NCBI GenBank assembly: GCA_964634945.1
Contig: CAZWMG010000008.1
Location: 268 to 64,267, forward strand
DNA length: 64,000 nt
Direction of reading: 5' to 3'
From: an uncultured Planctomycetia bacterium
GTDB taxonomy: Bacteria; Omnitrophota; Gorgyraeia; JABMRG01
Part shown: positions 8,004 to 18,258 of the stretch, piece by piece
Layout of the letters: every line of letters starts with the position of its first letter
Position numbering within the stretch: the stretch's first letter is position 1
Notes under the pieces: model-generated
The model's input: the letters and a program-made list of their open reading frames with translations, nothing else
What the model was told of the DNA's origin: nothing
The model's database searches: none
Translations under genes and position numbers: made by a program

Positions 8004-11000
8004 ATGAATAAGCGACTGATAATAACAGTGATTTTGACAGTAGGAGTAGCCATTACAGGTATCTGGCTTGCCTTTGCGGATCAGTATACAGGCGGCGCAG
8101 GTGATGGCTGGAGTTATTCCCAGTCTCAAGATCTTCAAATGACAGGGCCTGATGTTATTTTTACTTCAGCCGAGGGCAGTGTTGGCCGTTTGGGCCAGGT
8201 GCCTTCAGGTTATTTTATTTCCGATGTTTTGGATACCAATGGCAATTCTACTTTAGGCGTCTTAAGCTGGATAGCGGATTTATCCGCGGGCGGTGAGATA
8301 AAGTTCCGAATAGCGGGCAGTGACGACAACATCACCTGGACCGATTATTTAGGCCCGGACGGCACAGCCGGAACTTATTTTACCTCTTCAGGGGAATCTA
8401 TCCCATCCGCGTTAGATGCTAAGCGTTATTTAAGATACAAGGCCTATCTTACAACAGCAGATTACACGCCTGTTTTAGACAGCGTAAGCATACAGTTTGC
8501 GGATGATAATGAAGCAAAAAGAATAATAAGTGATACCTCTGATAATAATTTTACTATCCAGACAGCCTCTATTGTTACTGCCGATGTTGAGCCTGTAAGC
8601 CTTGTAGCCGGCGTAACAGGAACTGTGGTTGTCTCGTTTACTTCTATTAACCCTATCCCCGCGGATGGCAGCATAGAGGTAACATTCCCAGTAGAATTTG
8701 ACGTAAGCGCGGTAGGAGATACCGCTTCATCATCAACAATGGACGGCTCATTAACAGTAACCGTATCAGGACAGGTGATAACTATTACCCGCAGCGGCGG
8801 TAGTGAGCAGCCGGTTGCATCAGAAAGTTTAACCTTAACCAACATTAAGAATTCCAATACTTCCGGCATAACAGGGACATACCAAATAAAGACTATTCGT
8901 TCTGACGGAAACATTATTGATGAAAAAACAGATGTTTCAGCGTCAACTATTGTATCAGCAGCTACAGCAAGTGTAACGCTTAATGCTCCTGATGATATTA
9001 CAGCAGGAGGAGCAAGAGCGGCCTATACTGTCACTCGTTATGATGAGTTTAGTAATTTAAATGATCAGGGAGCTGAGACATTCTATCTATATACTACATC
9101 ACAAGGACAGAATGTTGGGTTCTATGATGTTGTTTCCGGAGGAAGCGCGGTTACAAGCATAGATGTTGCTGATGGCACATCAGAATCTGATTTCTGGTAT
9201 TATGATGAGTTGATGGGTACATTTACTAATACTATTTCAGAGATCAATTCCGGCGCTGTATATGATGTAGGAGATAGTAGTAGTACAGATTTTGGAGATG
9301 GCACAGCATCTGGTATTGCGGTTTCAGGCTCAGGTTCTAGTGCTGAATTGGCCCTTTTAGCGAAGAACCGTTGTGGGGTGGTTTATGCAACAGATGGAAT
9401 ATATGATACCCCAGGAACTGCTAGAGGCGTTTATGTTTCCGGAAACTACGCTTATGTGGCTGATGATACGAGTGGCTTAAAAATTATTAATATCTCTAAT
9501 CCAGATTTGCCAACTCTAACTGGGACGTATGGTACTGTTGGTAATGCTCGTGGTGTTTACGTCTCCGGCGACTACGCTTATGTTACTAATCAGATTGCCC
9601 TTGAAATTATTGACATCTCCACCCCCTCTTCACCAACCTTGACTGGGAGATACGACACGTCCGGTATGCCAGTAAATGTTCATGTTCTTGGTGATTATGC
9701 CTATGTAGCTGACTGGGGTAGTGGACTTCAAATTGTTGATATCTCTACACCTTCTTCACCAAGTTTGGCAGGAACATGTGATAGTACTCGTGCAGCAGAT
9801 GTCTGTACCTCCGGTAACTATGCTTATGTTGCAGACGATACAAGCGGACTTCAAATTATAGATATTTCAAATCCTGCTTTACCTACCATTGTAGGAACTT
9901 ATGATACTGCTAATAAGGCAACTTGTGTTTATGTTTCCGGAAACTACGCTTATGTGGGTGATTATCAAGATGACTTGGTAGTTATTGACATCTCTAATCC
10001 TTCTTTGCCAAGCCTAGTCGCAACTGTTAATACTACCGGTGAGCCTAACAGCCTATATATTTCAGGTGATTATCTCTATGTTTCCGATTATTATAGAGAT
10101 GTAAAAATAGTAGATATTTCAACCCCATCTTCTCCTTTTGTAGCTACATTAGTAAAAACTGATTCAAATTATCCCCGAGGTGTTTTCGTTGCTAATGATT
10201 ATGTCTATGTAGCTGATGGTACAAGTGGTTTGCGCATCAAGGATATGACAGATTTGACGCCACCTTCTATCATTACATCTTATGATACTTCCAGTAATGC
10301 CTGGGACGTATGTGCTCTAGGTGATTATGTCTATGTAGCGGATGCGGGACATGGCCTGAAAATTATTGATATCTCTACACCTTCTTCACCAGTTTTAACT
10401 GGAACATATGATACGTCTAGTGACGCCCATGGTGTTTATGTTTTATCCGATTATGCCTATGTAGCGGATGGTTCAAATGGCCTCCAAATCATAGATGTTT
10501 CCAGCCCAGCATCGCCAACAAGGACTGGGACCTGTGATACTCCCGGTGACGCACAAAAGGTCTATCTATCTGGCAACTACGCCTATGTTGCTGATGGTTA
10601 TAGTGGTTTACAGGTGATTGATATTTCTGATTTGTCGTCGCCAACCCTAACTGGAACATATGATACTCCTGGTTTTGCCAGAGATGTTTATGTTTTAGGT
10701 GATTACGCTTACGTGGCCGATAATAGCTCTAGTGGTTTACAGATTGTTGATATTACTGATCCATCTTTGCCGAGTGCTGTTGGGTCGTATAATATTAATG
10801 ATGAGGCCCACGGTGTTTATGCCTCCGGCAATTATGCTTATGTAGTTTTTAATGGCGCAGGTTTGCATATTATCGATGTTTCCACGCCTTCTTTGCCGAC
10901 ATTAACTGGAGCGTACGATACTTCTGGCTATGGCAGAGGCGTTTATGTCTCTGGTAACAATGCTTATGTGGCAGATGATGCAAACGGTTTACAGATTATC

Positions 11001-14000
11001 GATATCTCTAACCCAGCCTTACCAGTCTTGGTGGGCATTACGGAAACTCCGGGTAGTGCCAGGGCAGTTTATATTTACGGTATTTATGCCTACGTTGCTG
11101 ATTGGAATTTTGGAATTGTCATTACTGATATTTCAGGCTATTCTTCTTCCGGCACATTTGCATCACGTATCATGGATAGCGCATCAAATGAAACATTTAG
11201 CACTGCTTCCTGGAATGGCGTTGTTCCAGCTGATACTACCTTGACTATCAAGGCCCGCACTTCTGATGATTCAGCAATGAGCGGAGCAACTGATTGGGCG
11301 AGCTGTTCAGAGCTTACAAGTGGTCAGGATATATCAGATGCAACCGGAGTAACAGACACAGATAGGTATATTCAATACTATATTGAGATGGCAACGAGTG
11401 ATGTAACAGCTACCCCGTCTCTAAGTGATATTGCATTTGATTATAGCCGCTCAGCTACAGGTGGTATCTATGATACAGATAGTCTAAATGTTAAACATGC
11501 TGCTTCGAATAAGATAGCATTTACAACAGATATCACAACTCCTCAGAAAGCAGGCGCTGTATTTACTCTGCCGGCTATCAAGGCATTGGATACATATGGT
11601 AATTTATTAAATAATGACTATGGCGCCTCTGCCTATGCAGAGACTATCACAATCAGTTACGCGCTAAGTGGCGCCTCTGATGCCCCGGATGATAATGGAA
11701 CAGACTCGTTTACTACCAATGTAGCCTTTGCCAATGGTGCGTCCACCACCTCTTTAAGTACTATTCTATACAGGGCGCAGGATACAACCGTAACTCCTTC
11801 AACAGAAGCTGCGGGATTAACGGGCCAGACAACAGAGTCTAATTCTATAACAGTAAATCCTGAAACAAAGAACAAGGTAGTATTTACGCAAGAGCCGTCC
11901 GCGACAGGAAAGATAAATTATCCATTGGATACACAGCCTATAGTTGTGATACAGGATGTTTATGGTAACCAGACAGCTGATACAGACGCGATAACTCTGT
12001 ATGACTCGAGTTCAAATGAGGTATATATGGATGCAAGCGGTACATTGTCAGCAGCATCCAATCCTTTATCAGCTACTGATGGACAAGCGGAATTCAGCAA
12101 CCTGGAATACAGTTTGCCAGGTTCTATATATCTGTATGCCGAAACCGCAGGTATTGACGCGGACTTTTCACAGCAGATAGCGCTATCAGTATCATCAACT
12201 TCTACGGTTGATGCGGCGGCAACGCCAGCGCCTGATTTTGATCTTGTACCGACTAATGATGATATAGACCATAGCTTTACTGTATTGAAGTTTAAGATTA
12301 CAGACGCGGGAGTAGATGATACCCCAACCTTGATAGACAGGATAAAGGTAGCCATATCAGGCACAGGCGCAAGCGCCGCTACTGACATAACCTGGGCAGG
12401 CCTGTATATAGGCGAGACCCAAATCACCACTGTTACAGGTGAGGCTATAGCAAATGATTATATAACATTCGGCACTCTTCCGGATGGCGATTCTAACGCT
12501 GACCTTTACAGCTTAGCTGATAACACATCCGAAGAATTTACAGTTTATATTTATATGAAAGACGGAAAACTTACAGCAACAGAGGATGATACATATATCT
12601 TTGATGTTGATGAGACATTGATAGGAGTAGATAGCGGGTTATCGTCTCAAATGGCATCCGATTCCGCAAGCGTAACTCCGGTTACAGGGACCATAGATGT
12701 TACAATCTCTTATATAGAGGCTGTAACGGCTGCCGGAAATGAAGATGTTGAATTAACAGCAGGTATTGGTAATGATATAAAGCTTCGCGGTGTTGATGTT
12801 AATAAGAACGTAGATGAGGATTATATAGGTAACCAGACATTTAAGTTCTCAGGCCTGAACCAGATAGGAGTCTATAAACCTAAGACAGACGCTACTGTAT
12901 TTGGAAACAACAAGACCATTAGTTTTACAGCAGGTGTCTCAGCGACAACGACTCTTACTGCTTACGCAAAAGAGACAGGTACTCTATCAGCCCAGGACCA
13001 GAATCACCTATCTTATGAAACATACGCGCTAAATGTTACTACTGTAGCTGCACAGGGTGATAGTATAGTTCTTACAAGCGGTAACAACCAGTCCGGCGCG
13101 ATAAACGCGGTATTATCACAGGAGTTTATAGCTACTGTATCTGATGCTTATGCAAACCCTGCCACGGGTGAGGTTGTTGAATTTGCGGTAGATACAGCCC
13201 CTAATGGAGCAAGCGGCCAGAGCCTGAGCCAGCCGCAGGATGACACTGACGATGACGGCTTGGCATCTGTTCTCTTTACTCTGGGCAATGTAGCGGGAGA
13301 CTATTTGATTACCGCAACTTGCGGTAGCATAACAGGGTCTCCATTGACTTATACCGCGACAGCTTTAGAGCCTACAGGACTAAATATAGCAAGCGGCAAT
13401 AATCAGGTTGACAAAAAGGTTGCAGAGGATCTTAATCCTTTTGTTGTGGAACATACAGCCTCCGGCGATATACCTGTTCCTAACGTGGATATTGATTTTG
13501 AGATTATAAGTTTTCCTGATGGGGCTACCGGACAGTCATTGTCAGCGTCAAGCGCTACAACCAATTCAAATGGCCAGGCGACGGCCACCCTTACCCTTGG
13601 CACGAAGATAGGCAGTTATGTTGTGCGCGCTAGTGTTGGAGCGTTTAGTGTTGATTTCACAGCGACCGCTCTTCCTGAGACGCCTAATAAAATAATACTT
13701 TCAGGCCCTAGTTCCGTAGCGGCAGGAGGCGTATCAGAAAGCTTTTCAATATATATAAAGGATACATATGATAATTTAAGCGGCGTAACAAGCGCCACCA
13801 CAATTGGTGCGTCGAGTAGCGCAAGCGCTACATCAAGCTTTTATAGCGACTCGCTCGGTGAAAGCCTTCTCGTAGATGATAGTATATTGTTAAGCATTGA
13901 TACCCATAGCGCTACTTTCTATTACAAGGACACGCTGGTTGGCGTTCCGACAGTTACGGTATCTGTAACGAGCGGACAGGCAGGACTGAATACCGATAAT

Positions 14001-17000
14001 AATAATTCCGGTATCAGTGTTATACCGGGTGGCATACATAGCTTTAAGGTTACAGGTTCAACATCGGCTATGGTTGTCGGAGGAAGCCGTGAGATTACCG
14101 TAACAGCGTATGATGTCCATGATAACGTAAAGACCAATTATAATGGTGATATAAATGTAATATTCTCAGGCGTTGCAGTCTCTCCATCTGCTCAAGCTCC
14201 AACATGTTCTGATAAGGATTCAAATGATATAGCTGTTGGCAGTTCAACTACACTTACATTCTCATCAGGCGTTGCCACAACCACTCTAAAGCCTTATAAG
14301 GCAGAGGAAGTTGCAATAAAGGCTACAGCAGGTGCTGTTACAACAGCTTCTGATAGTGACCTTGAATTTGTTGTGCGCCACGGCGCGCACGACCACCTAA
14401 AATTCGCCGCTAATCTGCCTACTCCGCAGATAGCAGGTAGTGAATTTACATTAGAGACCACCATTGATGTTGTTGATATCTATGCAAATGTATGCGATGG
14501 CGCGAATGGCGCCACTGCATATGCTCAGACAGACAAGACTGTCACATGGACTCTAAGCGGCGAAGCTAACGGCCCCTTAAGCGGAACAGATACATTTACA
14601 AATCCTATTTCATTTAGCGCTGGGCATTCAGTGAATACCTTAATCGCTACTTTATACCGCGCTCAGAATACTACAATAACTCCAAGTGTTGTTGGTCTAA
14701 GCGGAACTAATGAGGCATCCAATACAGTAGTTGTTGCAGGAGGAGAGGTTAATAAGATCCGATATACGCAGCAGCCTTCAGCTACATGTATTACTACTCA
14801 AGCCCTGGCTCAACAGCCGCATGTAGCAATATCTGATGCGTATGGTAATGATGTAATATCAGCAGAAGGAAATATCTCTTTGGCAGCATCAACAACAACC
14901 GGCACATTTACACCTGTTGCAAACGGCACCTTAAGTGCCGCGTCATTGAGTTTAGCGCTGTCATCAGGCGCGGCGGACTTTAGCGAAGTAACCTATAACT
15001 ATCCTGAGAATATCTATATAAGAGCCTCAATATCCGGATATGAGCTGAATAATATCTATTCTTCATTAATAGCCTTCTCAACCGCTGATGAGGCTACTAT
15101 ATCAGCAGGGGCACTATCAGAGCCTTCATCTATCTCATCCTTGTCTGATAACGTGCTTGAGTTAACAGACGTCTTTGATTTTAAGGTTACTGACGGCGGG
15201 ACAGATGGGTATGCTACAAAGGTAAAACAGATAGTTATTACTCAGTCGGCGAATAACACAGCTGAAAGCTGGACAGACTATATCCAGGGCGCGTATATAA
15301 CAGACGGCACAACACAGATATTAGCTATTGTTGAAGAGACAATGCTTGTATTTGGAAGTGGATCAAGTATTATTTATTCTATAAGCAATGGCAGTCATAA
15401 GACATTTACATTGAAGGTATATCTAAAACCCACATTGCCGGCAGGAGCTGATGGCAAGGTAATCGGTTTTAGCGTTGATGCCGATACTTATATAGTTTTA
15501 CATAATTTGAGCTCGCAATTCCCTACAACCTCACCTCTTAGCACAGAGCCTGAGGTAGCTGTTGTGGCTACTAATTTTACGGTTACAGGTGACGCTACAA
15601 TGCTTGCGGGGACTTCAAATACGCTTACCCTGACAGCCGTAGATGCTAATGGCAACAAGGATAAGGATTATACGGGTGATAAGGCATTAGTCTTTAGCGG
15701 AGCTAATGTGTCAACAAATGGAAATAACCCTACGTGCACTTCATTTAGCGGTGCGGATATTGATTTTGCTGACAATACGATAATTACGTTTGTCGATGGA
15801 GTTAACTCATCGACTATTACCATGAAGCTTTATAAAGCAGAAACAGTTTCTGTAAGAGCAGGAGACGGGACACTGGTTACCGCATTAGCTGACGCTCTTC
15901 AGGTTACGGTTTCAGGTGGTACAGCATCAGACCTTCTATGGGGTACCGAACCCGGAACAGTCGCCGTGGCCAATGCGCCATGGAAGGAATTTACTGTAAA
16001 TGTCACTGATGCTTATGGTAATATCGCCTCAAGTGACGCTGATGTGACTATCAGTGCATCGGGTGGGACATTGGCGGATTCTGCTACAGCAGTAGTTGCC
16101 GCGTCATCAGGTGTCGCGACCTTCAGGAATTTTGCTGTTACATGTTCAAGCTATCCAGGTATAGTAGAGATTACAGGCGAATCAGACGGGGTAACGCCAA
16201 CACCGGCATCTAGTTCTGTAACTGTCGCGGAGAAATATTCAGTAACAGTCAATGTCAATGATTATACGAGTGGTGCAGCCCTTACGGAGCTTGCGTTTGA
16301 TCTTCTCTCAGACGCTGGTGTTACAATGTCTAGTGAAGGATTCCCAATGACCGGAAACAGCCCGTTTGAGTTTGAGTTGCCTTATGGCACATATACATTG
16401 TCATTCGAAAAAGAACAATATATGGCACACAGCACAGAGAAGATAGCTGGAGTGGCTGCCGATGCACTCGATGGAACATATGATAACGATATAAGCTGGA
16501 CAGTTATAGTATCATCCTTAGCAGAGGCTACGGCAGATTATAATGTAAAGAGCGGTATTACCTATGATGAGACTACCGATAGGCTTACTCTGCGTCTCTG
16601 GATTGAAAAGCGCGGCAAGATGATACTTAATGATGACGTAAATAAGCTGGGCCCTGCTACTATTGAAATTTATGACGATGCGACTTCTCAATGGCTAAGC
16701 GCTATAAGCCTTACACCGCCTAGCTTAACGAATACGACATCAGGCCTATATTACAAAGTTGTCAGTAACGTTAGCAGTGGAGGCACACCGGCACTAGTCG
16801 AGGGAAAGACATACTTTGCCAGTTGTAAGATAAATTATGGCGGCCTTGACGGAACAGGCAGGCTTTATGAGGGCGGCACGACATTTGCTCTTACTGTAAG
16901 CCAGAGTCTAAAGGCCGTAACTGAAGGCATTGAAATCATGACCGATGATATCAAGGCTGAGGTAACAGGGGTTACGCAATCAGTATCTGATCAGGCTGCC

Positions 17001-18107
17001 GCTACCCAGGCAGTTATTGTTGCCCAAACCGCTTCTACGCAATCAGCCATTGCAACGGGCACCGCCGCTACCCAGGCCGCTGTAGCAACAGGCACCGCCG
17101 CTACCCAGGCCGCTGTAGCAACAGGCACAGCCGCTACCCAGGCCGCTGTAGCATCCGGCACCGCCGCTAACCAGACCGCTATAACTACCATAGGTTCTAA
17201 TCTGGCTTCAAGCGTTGCCGCGACAGAAGAGGTATTAGCGGCGAGGTCAAAGTTAGAGGGCGCTTCAAGCATATTAAATCGGCAGAGCGCTATTCGTAAC
17301 AACGACACTATGGTTATAAGATACCAGACAAATACAGGGCTCGCCCCTGTAATAAGCGTATATGATCCGACCCATGATGAACGGATAGAGAGCGAGCTGA
17401 TGACAGAGACGATACCCGGAATTTCAGGGGTATATGAATACGAGGTTAAATTTATATGGGGGCTTGGTGAACATACTGTTGTCTGCAAAGAAGAGACCAC
17501 AGGCACCCTTGACGGTATGAATGTACAGGTTATCTCAACAGACTTAGAGGATATCTCAGGCTCGCTAACTACTGCTACAGCTACCTTGCAAGGTATCGAT
17601 ACAGATGAATTAGGAGGATTAAGCGTGAGGGTAGCGGATATTAATACATACGTCAGTCAGATGGTCAGTACCATTGACAAACTTTCCGCGTTAAAAGAGA
17701 AGACAACAGACCTGGCGACAGATGCTAGTGATGTTATCTATAAGCAGTTAGAGGTTGCAACGCAGAAGCTCAAAGAGATAAATGAGGGCCAGGGCATCAA
17801 GATAGAAAAGATGTATGACCTTAGTGAAGAACAGTCTGTGGATACAGATTACATCAAGAATAAGGCACTAGAGATCAAGGCATTAGTTGAACTTAGCCAG
17901 GATATCTTAGAAAAGACAGATGATACGCCTATTATGAAGAGCTGGTTAGAATCAGACGATGAATACGCATACCAAGGTGAAGAAGAATATGAAGAACAGG
18001 ACCATACATTAGAACAGGATCAAGAACAGGATCTGGAAGAGGCCCCGGCGCAGGATCAAGAACAGGATCTGGAAGAGGCCCCGGCGCAGGATCAAGAACA
18101 GGAGTAA
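8004..18107 (+). CDS. 3367-aa giant surface protein (gene C): GGAGDGW N-terminus, LVIVD beta-propeller repeats, multiple Ig/invasin-like domains, coiled-coil and acidic tail
   Basis: Signal peptide nearly identical to gene B. About 14 YAYVAD..SGLQIIDIS.P repeats (~9400-11140); Big_1-like SGNNQ..T..NGQA..TLTLG segments. Confidence 0.88.
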   Translation: MNKRLIITVILTVGVAITGIWLAFADQYTGGAGDGWSYSQSQDLQMTGPDVIFTSAEGSVGRLGQVPSGYFISDVLDTNGNSTLGVLSWIADLSAGGEIKFRIAGSDDNITWTDYLGPDGTAGTYFTSSGESIPSALDAKRYLRYKAYLTTADYTPVLDSVSIQFADDNEAKRIISDTSDNNFTIQTASIVTADVEPVSLVAGVTGTVVVSFTSINPIPADGSIEVTFPVEFDVSAVGDTASSSTMDGSLTVTVSGQVITITRSGGSEQPVASESLTLTNIKNSNTSGITGTYQIKTIRSDGNIIDEKTDVSASTIVSAATASVTLNAPDDITAGGARAAYTVTRYDEFSNLNDQGAETFYLYTTSQGQNVGFYDVVSGGSAVTSIDVADGTSESDFWYYDELMGTFTNTISEINSGAVYDVGDSSSTDFGDGTASGIAVSGSGSSAELALLAKNRCGVVYATDGIYDTPGTARGVYVSGNYAYVADDTSGLKIINISNPDLPTLTGTYGTVGNARGVYVSGDYAYVTNQIALEIIDISTPSSPTLTGRYDTSGMPVNVHVLGDYAYVADWGSGLQIVDISTPSSPSLAGTCDSTRAADVCTSGNYAYVADDTSGLQIIDISNPALPTIVGTYDTANKATCVYVSGNYAYVGDYQDDLVVIDISNPSLPSLVATVNTTGEPNSLYISGDYLYVSDYYRDVKIVDISTPSSPFVATLVKTDSNYPRGVFVANDYVYVADGTSGLRIKDMTDLTPPSIITSYDTSSNAWDVCALGDYVYVADAGHGLKIIDISTPSSPVLTGTYDTSSDAHGVYVLSDYAYVADGSNGLQIIDVSSPASPTRTGTCDTPGDAQKVYLSGNYAYVADGYSGLQVIDISDLSSPTLTGTYDTPGFARDVYVLGDYAYVADNSSSGLQIVDITDPSLPSAVGSYNINDEAHGVYASGNYAYVVFNGAGLHIIDVSTPSLPTLTGAYDTSGYGRGVYVSGNNAYVADDANGLQIIDISNPALPVLVGITETPGSARAVYIYGIYAYVADWNFGIVITDISGYSSSGTFASRIMDSASNETFSTASWNGVVPADTTLTIKARTSDDSAMSGATDWASCSELTSGQDISDATGVTDTDRYIQYYIEMATSDVTATPSLSDIAFDYSRSATGGIYDTDSLNVKHAASNKIAFTTDITTPQKAGAVFTLPAIKALDTYGNLLNNDYGASAYAETITISYALSGASDAPDDNGTDSFTTNVAFANGASTTSLSTILYRAQDTTVTPSTEAAGLTGQTTESNSITVNPETKNKVVFTQEPSATGKINYPLDTQPIVVIQDVYGNQTADTDAITLYDSSSNEVYMDASGTLSAASNPLSATDGQAEFSNLEYSLPGSIYLYAETAGIDADFSQQIALSVSSTSTVDAAATPAPDFDLVPTNDDIDHSFTVLKFKITDAGVDDTPTLIDRIKVAISGTGASAATDITWAGLYIGETQITTVTGEAIANDYITFGTLPDGDSNADLYSLADNTSEEFTVYIYMKDGKLTATEDDTYIFDVDETLIGVDSGLSSQMASDSASVTPVTGTIDVTISYIEAVTAAGNEDVELTAGIGNDIKLRGVDVNKNVDEDYIGNQTFKFSGLNQIGVYKPKTDATVFGNNKTISFTAGVSATTTLTAYAKETGTLSAQDQNHLSYETYALNVTTVAAQGDSIVLTSGNNQSGAINAVLSQEFIATVSDAYANPATGEVVEFAVDTAPNGASGQSLSQPQDDTDDDGLASVLFTLGNVAGDYLITATCGSITGSPLTYTATALEPTGLNIASGNNQVDKKVAEDLNPFVVEHTASGDIPVPNVDIDFEIISFPDGATGQSLSASSATTNSNGQATATLTLGTKIGSYVVRASVGAFSVDFTATALPETPNKIILSGPSSVAAGGVSESFSIYIKDTYDNLSGVTSATTIGASSSASATSSFYSDSLGESLLVDDSILLSIDTHSATFYYKDTLVGVPTVTVSVTSGQAGLNTDNNNSGISVIPGGIHSFKVTGSTSAMVVGGSREITVTAYDVHDNVKTNYNGDINVIFSGVAVSPSAQAPTCSDKDSNDIAVGSSTTLTFSSGVATTTLKPYKAEEVAIKATAGAVTTASDSDLEFVVRHGAHDHLKFAANLPTPQIAGSEFTLETTIDVVDIYANVCDGANGATAYAQTDKTVTWTLSGEANGPLSGTDTFTNPISFSAGHSVNTLIATLYRAQNTTITPSVVGLSGTNEASNTVVVAGGEVNKIRYTQQPSATCITTQALAQQPHVAISDAYGNDVISAEGNISLAASTTTGTFTPVANGTLSAASLSLALSSGAADFSEVTYNYPENIYIRASISGYELNNIYSSLIAFSTADEATISAGALSEPSSISSLSDNVLELTDVFDFKVTDGGTDGYATKVKQIVITQSANNTAESWTDYIQGAYITDGTTQILAIVEETMLVFGSGSSIIYSISNGSHKTFTLKVYLKPTLPAGADGKVIGFSVDADTYIVLHNLSSQFPTTSPLSTEPEVAVVATNFTVTGDATMLAGTSNTLTLTAVDANGNKDKDYTGDKALVFSGANVSTNGNNPTCTSFSGADIDFADNTIITFVDGVNSSTITMKLYKAETVSVRAGDGTLVTALADALQVTVSGGTASDLLWGTEPGTVAVANAPWKEFTVNVTDAYGNIASSDADVTISASGGTLADSATAVVAASSGVATFRNFAVTCSSYPGIVEITGESDGVTPTPASSSVTVAEKYSVTVNVNDYTSGAALTELAFDLLSDAGVTMSSEGFPMTGNSPFEFELPYGTYTLSFEKEQYMAHSTEKIAGVAADALDGTYDNDISWTVIVSSLAEATADYNVKSGITYDETTDRLTLRLWIEKRGKMILNDDVNKLGPATIEIYDDATSQWLSAISLTPPSLTNTTSGLYYKVVSNVSSGGTPALVEGKTYFASCKINYGGLDGTGRLYEGGTTFALTVSQSLKAVTEGIEIMTDDIKAEVTGVTQSVSDQAAATQAVIVAQTASTQSAIATGTAATQAAVATGTAATQAAVATGTAATQAAVASGTAANQTAITTIGSNLASSVAATEEVLAARSKLEGASSILNRQSAIRNNDTMVIRYQTNTGLAPVISVYDPTHDERIESELMTETIPGISGVYEYEVKFIWGLGEHTVVCKEETTGTLDGMNVQVISTDLEDISGSLTTATATLQGIDTDELGGLSVRVADINTYVSQMVSTIDKLSALKEKTTDLATDASDVIYKQLEVATQKLKEINEGQGIKIEKMYDLSEEQSVDTDYIKNKALEIKALVELSQDILEKTDDTPIMKSWLESDDEYAYQGEEEYEEQDHTLEQDQEQDLEEAPAQDQEQDLEEAPAQDQEQE
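17052..17169 (+). repeat. 33-bp coding tandem repeat (ATGTAATQAAV)
   Basis: About 3.5 copies of gcaacaggcaccgccgctacccaggccgctgta. Confidence 0.85.
18015..18103 (+). repeat. 36-bp coding tandem repeat (QDQEQDLEEAPA)
   Basis: caggatcaagaacaggatctggaagaggccccggcg x2 plus a 17-bp partial copy. Confidence 0.9.
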
Positions 18108-18258
18108 TGAACAAGTGCAAAGTGCAAGGCAGATTCTTAAGTTTACATTTCGGGCATTACCTACCTGTCGGTAAGTAAGCACCATTTTGTAAATTTAAGA
18201 ATATTTGCACATTTACCCTTAAAATAATATATAATAAGTAAAGACCAGGGGGGTCGAT

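Noticed and set aside
8462-17506. Multiple minus-strand ORFs within the giant gene (and similar shadows elsewhere)
   Set aside because: They are antisense shadows of Thr/Ser/Ala-rich codon usage with no independent coding signal.
18015-18103. 36-bp repeats as a CRISPR array
   Set aside because: The repeats are directly adjacent with no spacers and are in frame within a CDS.
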